A stretch of 64,000 nt of DNA from assembly GCF_018977255.1 (NCBI RefSeq), contig NW_024704743.1:5644001-5708000 (forward strand), given 5' to 3'. The notes under the pieces are model-generated. The model was not told where the DNA came from and made no database searches. It saw nothing but the letters and a program-made list of their open reading frames with translations. This DNA is from Callorhinchus milii. Its lineage: Eukaryota. The translations under genes and the position numbers were made by a program. Numbering within the stretch: the first letter of the stretch is position 1; the number at the start of each line of letters is the position of its first letter. Shown piece by piece: positions 1 to 64,000 of the stretch.

Positions 1-2582
1 GTATTATTAGATAATGGGGAAGCTACATAGAGTTATGTGGAACAGGACAGTGGCACAGATATCAATGCCATTGTTTATACTCCACAAGCACACCATCACT
101 CATATTCCTCTCTGCTATAACCCTCTATTCCATTCTCTCTCACGCACACCTCAAGTTTCATCGTGAATTAATACTCTTTGCTTTAACCACAGCTTCTGGC
201 AATGAGTTCCACATTGTCACCAACCTCTACATGAAGAATTTCCTCCTTAAATTCTGTTTTAGTCACTAGCTTTGTATATTTACGCGTCCCCCCCCCCCCC
301 CACCTCCCCCCTCATTTTGGACTTGCCAACAAGTGGAATCAGTCTATCAACATCCTTGAATCCATTCAAAGTCTTAAACAAATCTATCAGATGCCCTCTC
401 AGTCTTAAAAAAAATCAATCATCTTATCAGTAGAGAGAAAAGTTGAGGAAAGAACACGACGGATATAGAATGGCTTCCGTATGTACTGTGAACTTTCTGT
501 GATTCCATGAGAGAGCAGATAAAATGAAGGATTGGGGCGGGGAGGTAAGTGGAGTCTGTCTCCTAGGAGATGAGCTGGCTTCAAGGTGACATGCTTGGCA
601 ATGGAATGTCAGAATCGAGTCAACCCTCTGTGGCGGTCTTGGTGGTCTCGATCACAAGCCAGATATTAACATTTGGACGGATTTCGAATTGATTTCGATC
701 AAGGAGGGAAGGACATACTTTGGTCACTAGTCACTGAATAAATTTAGGGTCTTCTAAATTGCAGACATGGGGGTGGCCGTCAAAGTGGTAGAGAGGCTGT
801 CAGTGGGTTGCCTTCCTTTTTCATGTGTCGTATGCTCGTTGCGATAAGTCGCATGACCTGTGTTTCACCTGCGCTTGTGGGTGATGTCATTGTGTGACGT
901 GGCGTGATGGAGGTGAGATCGTGTACATCAGCCAATAGTGGGGGGTTTTCTGTTTTCGGACCCCTACCACCTTTGCTTTGTTTCAGTCTCCCTCCGTGGG
1001 AGTGGGACATACGTGCCAAGGAAGGGTGGTGTCTTCACGTAACACGTTTACATAAAGTCTGGGGGCAAAATGTGACGTTGTTTATCATATTGTCAGATGT
1101 CATCCCAATTGACAGCTGGTGATAACTGTGCATCAATAACTGGCGAACAACACAAATGTTCACTCCACCAACCCAGCGCATCTGACTGTGAAAATTGTTG
1201 GCCTCACAGACCCAAAGAAGGAAGCCCAAGGAAACCTCTTAACCTACCGACATGTAGGCCACAACATTTCAGAGCAGATTCGCAGAATACCATCTTAACG
1301 CAAATTGAGTTAAGTCTATTTTTTGGGGGACAGTGACTGATCTGTCCCTCCATGTCCTACCAATCAGCCAAGTTGCCTGTGCTGTCATCAGCAGTGCCCT
1401 GGAGTACTGTGGACCCTTCTGGCTCAGGAACTGGACTACCGAGACCACCACAGAGTGTTGTCGCAATTCTGACATTGTCAATCATGTCACCTTGGAGCCA
1501 GATCACTTATCTTCCCTGCCACCTCCCCCCCCACAAGGGAAATAATGGTTCCACAAACCGGCTCTGAAATGTTGTGATCAACAGGACATCAACTGGGAGA
1601 TATTAAGGGGTTTGGTGAAAGGACAGACAATTGGGTTAAAAATATGACAAAATCTAATAAACTGGCTGAACAGGATTGATGGGCTAAATGGTCTCTTCCT
1701 GATCCTGTTTTTCTATGGTCCTAAGGGATTTTTTTTGTCAGCCTGGTGTCTGACATGTCCAGAAACTTATCACCATGCGAATGAGTATCTAAACCAAACT
1801 GAGAATGCCTCATATGTATGCCACCTACACACTGAAAGGTCCCCGAGTCAGGACTGGAAAGCGCACTCTCTCCCTGTTCTATGTGACATCAGTAAGAGTG
1901 AAATGTCCAACAAAGTGCTATTTATTTCCAGCGATAATTATGGAATCAAATGATGCCTTTTTCGCCCCCGAGTCATCCCCTCCGCTCCCGCCCTGGAGTT
2001 GAATGCAAGCTGCCCCAGTCACTGCTGACACCCACTGTGGGACATGATGTTAAAGTTCCTCATTGGCACATAGGCTACATTGTTTAGTTTATACCGACGC
2101 TGTAACCTGAACCCAGCTTTAGAGTCGTTATAGGTTTAAGGACCAGGGCTGACACCTTGACTGCTTCCAAGTACTGTAATTAGCTTTCCAAAGGAGCGGG
2201 GGCCCAGCTGTCTCCACCTGAATGTGTTCCATTTATTTTTAATTAATGTCAGAAAGGGATTGGCTTCTTCGAAATTGAAAGTCAGGAACCGAGCTCCGAC
2301 ACCAGTGCTTGTGGAATTCTCCATGCGACAGACCCGCTGCTCTGCTGCTGGCTTGTTGGACAGCGTTTGATTATTCTAATATTTTGAGCGTGCTTTGAAT
2401 TTTAAACAAGGCTGTGTGTGCTTTCAGGCTCAGTGAGTAAATCTAGATGTTGTTCTAAGTATGCAAAGTGCATTCAATAAGCAACGCTTGAGATCGCATT
2501 GCCGTATCTTCGCAGGTAGCTCGTCGCAACAGCACGCAGAGGGATTAAAAAAAATCACAACAGACGCCACGTGATAATGTGC

Positions 2583-3222
2583 GTCAGTCTGTCTCAGTCG
2601 GTAGCAGGCCCGTCTCTGAGTCGAAAGGTTGTGAGTTCAAGCCCCGCGTTGGAACTTGGAACTCATATAATCCAGACTAACACTCCAATTCAGCGCTGGG
2701 GTATCCTGCATGGTTAGAGGTGCCATCGTTCGGATGATGTATTAAACCAAATCCCCATCTGTGTCAGTTCCAATGGTCATTAGAGATAATAGTATTCCTT
2801 GCATTTGATATGCTGCCTTATCACGTCTTCTAGGCGTCTCAAAGCGCTTCACAGAACATACTGTAAATTGAATTGAATATTTCGTGGGCGAAACCTGGCA
2901 GCCACTGGCGTACAGCAGTGTCCCACATACAGTCATGCATTGAAGTGACCAATTTACTACTATTATTATTCCTATTCTTCTTATTATTATTATCCTGCGG
3001 CATTATTCGAAAAGAAAAGGGAGTTTGTCCCAGTGTCATGGCGAACAGGCCCCTAAATAAAATTGGTCATTCATTCCATGGCTTTTTGTGGGAAATTGTG
3101 TGCAAATTGGCTGCCACATTTGCCCACTGTTATTCCACTTTACAGTGCATTTTGTGAGCCGTTTCGAGACATCCTTCTGATGTGAAAGGCACTATATCAA
3201 ATGTAAGGATTGTTATTATAAT
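2583..3222 (+). mobile_element. tRNA-headed Deu-domain SINE (family B, SacSINE1/DeuSINE-like), interrupted by an opposite-strand SINE tail at ~2785-2995
   Basis: Head gtcagtctgtctcagtcggtagc...gagttcaagccc; body tgtgggaaattgtgtgcaaattggctgcc; tail ggcactatatcaaatgtaaggatt(att)n; many copies in window. Confidence 0.7.
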
Positions 3223-3474
3223 TATCCCATCAAATCTGTTATGAAATGGCAGTTTCATTCCCGAGTTGAGTATACCTGCCCACTTACATTCTCTTGTGGC
3301 GGGTTTGAGCAATCATTAATTTTGACAGGATCCTAACATGTGTTGCCACCTTGTTTGATTGATTTCATTTGATTGAGGTATTTAAAATAATGAAAGGAAT
3401 TGACATGTTAGATAGTGGATATCTCTTTCCTTTGACCGAGGGATCCATTCTATGGGGGCATATCCTTAAAATTT

Positions 3475-3770
3475 GAGTCCCGTAGCTTAGTGGTTAAAGC
3501 ACTCGCCTCGCAAACGAGAGGACCTGGGTTCGATTCCCCGGTAGAGCGAAACATTAGGTAAGTTTCCTTACTCCACACGCCTCTGTTTACCTAGTAGTAA
3601 GTAGGAACCCGGTTGTTAGTTGATTGACAGATTACATTCCTGGGGTTATAATCTCCCCAATTTTTTTAAAATAGTAATTTGGCCACTCAGTCCACGACTG
3701 TTTTGTAGGACTCTGCTGTGCGCAATTGGCTGTCGCGTTTTGCCCACAAATATACAGTCAATTCTCATTA
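3475..3770 (+). mobile_element. tRNA-headed SINE family A (long form)
   Basis: A/B-box head gagtcccgtagcttagtggtt...gggttcgattccc; matches copies at 14355, 34652, 47972. Confidence 0.8.
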
Positions 3771-3811
3771 CAGAACGCTTTATAGGGCACTTACACTTTA
3801 CAGCATCCCTT

Positions 3812-4070
3812 CATGCCCTCGCTCATCCCTGCCTATCCGATTTACTTACCCCCCACTCCACCACCCGCTGCCTCCGCTCGGCCGGCTTCAGCCCCTTGTT
3901 CACCCCTCGTCCCCTCCGCTCCACAATCGGTGGCCATGCTTTCAGTCATTACGCCCCGAAGCTCTGGAACTCCCTCCCTCAATCCCTCTACCTTGCCCCC
4001 TTCCTCCCCACTTTCAAATCCCACTTAAAGACCTTCCTTTTTGATCGTACTTACATCACCTCCTCCCAGT
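3812..4070 (+). mobile_element. L2 LINE 3' fragment
   Basis: Encodes GGHAFSHYAPKLWNSLP...FKSHLKTFLF, a typical L2 ORF2 C-terminus. Confidence 0.85.
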
Positions 4071-4399
4071 CACCTACTTTCAACCCATGATGTTACCTGT
4101 GGAACTAACCATGAAAAGAATAGGGTGCTATAATATTAGTAATACAATGGAAACATACTGGATTTTGTACATTTAAACAGTGGTGGTTTAAATAAAGGTT
4201 CCGATAAGGATCTGTTAGAAATTTGGAGGTCCGCTGCCTGGCTTGGGATTTACGTATTTTTATTTGATCGTAGAACTTAAAATGAAGGAAGAGCAAAACG
4301 ACACATTGATATTGCAGTCAAATTTGTGCTTCGAATCGATCTGCGATGTTCCTTCGCGTGCGCTTATCAGATTGCACTTTTTAATGTTTTATTTTGAAG

Positions 4400-63525
<59,126 letters not shown>

Positions 63526-63838
63526 GTAAACTACTCCTCAGTACATTTTATGTCTGGAAACACATGGGGGGCTATGTGTTCACAAACTGGATTTGAGTTG
63601 CTAATAGAGAGATTCACAAAGTAATGTTTTGCAAATTCCAAGTCAACAAAGTCGGAAAAGTATAAGTTCCACATCTGGAGTACAGCAACATACGGGGCTG
63701 TCCAGGCATCTAGTGACAGTGCATCAGAGAGTAACAAAGCTGATTACAAGTGTCAGAGGAATGTTCTTGAGCCACGATTAGACAGGCTAGGGCTCTTGAA
63801 TTTCGAAAGGAGACATTTCAGAGCATCTCAAAGAGGTA

Positions 63839-64000
63839 CAGTAAATTCCTGATACCTCCCGGCTTCATTTGTCTCTACCACTTAAGTCATCATGCTGTCA
63901 ATATCCCGACCACATTTATTTATGTTTTATAGCTCACTTCTCTTGATAATTCATCACTGCGCCCTTTTCCCTTGAGGTGATGAGTTATCAGAGGTTACTT
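63839..64000. mobile_element. MITE related to 11972-12160
   Basis: ta|cagtaaattcctgata ... ttcccttgaggtgatgagttatcagaggttact, matching both ends of the 12 kb copy. Confidence 0.6.

Noticed and set aside
2415..2440. ctttcag-GCTCA-gtgagt, a possible micro-exon or alternative first-exon donor for a kinase-less isoform
   Set aside because: Five nt would shift the frame, and no promoter or start evidence is visible.

Overview
Vertebrate genomic DNA, most likely a cartilaginous fish (inferred from the repeat landscape). The whole window lies inside one + strand gene, myosin IIIA (MYO3A). I traced 24 coding exons from 4400 to 63525 by hand; they splice in consistent phase into one open frame of 3792 nt (about 1263 full codons). 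They cover the kinase-motor linker, the whole motor domain, a neck/tail with nine IQ motifs, and the start of tail homology domain I. The N-terminal kinase exons and the last exons lie outside the window. Introns are filled with two tRNA-headed SINE families sharing a Deu-like domain and an L2-like tail, L2 and CR1 LINE fragments, small DNA-transposon remnants, and an unclassified ~620-bp repeat. Most ORFs in the supplied track are repeat-derived or spurious. I found no convincing new multi-gene system. The best second-look items are: an in-frame 42-nt candidate cassette exon in motor loop 2; a GC-AG intron; a symmetric one-IQ exon; an acidic/IQ x5 array exon; a near-perfect 68-nt intronic hairpin; a splice acceptor abutting a CR1 tail; and near-identical inverted SINE copies bracketing five exons. 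Comparisons with human MYO3A are from memory, not from an alignment, and repeat boundaries are approximate.
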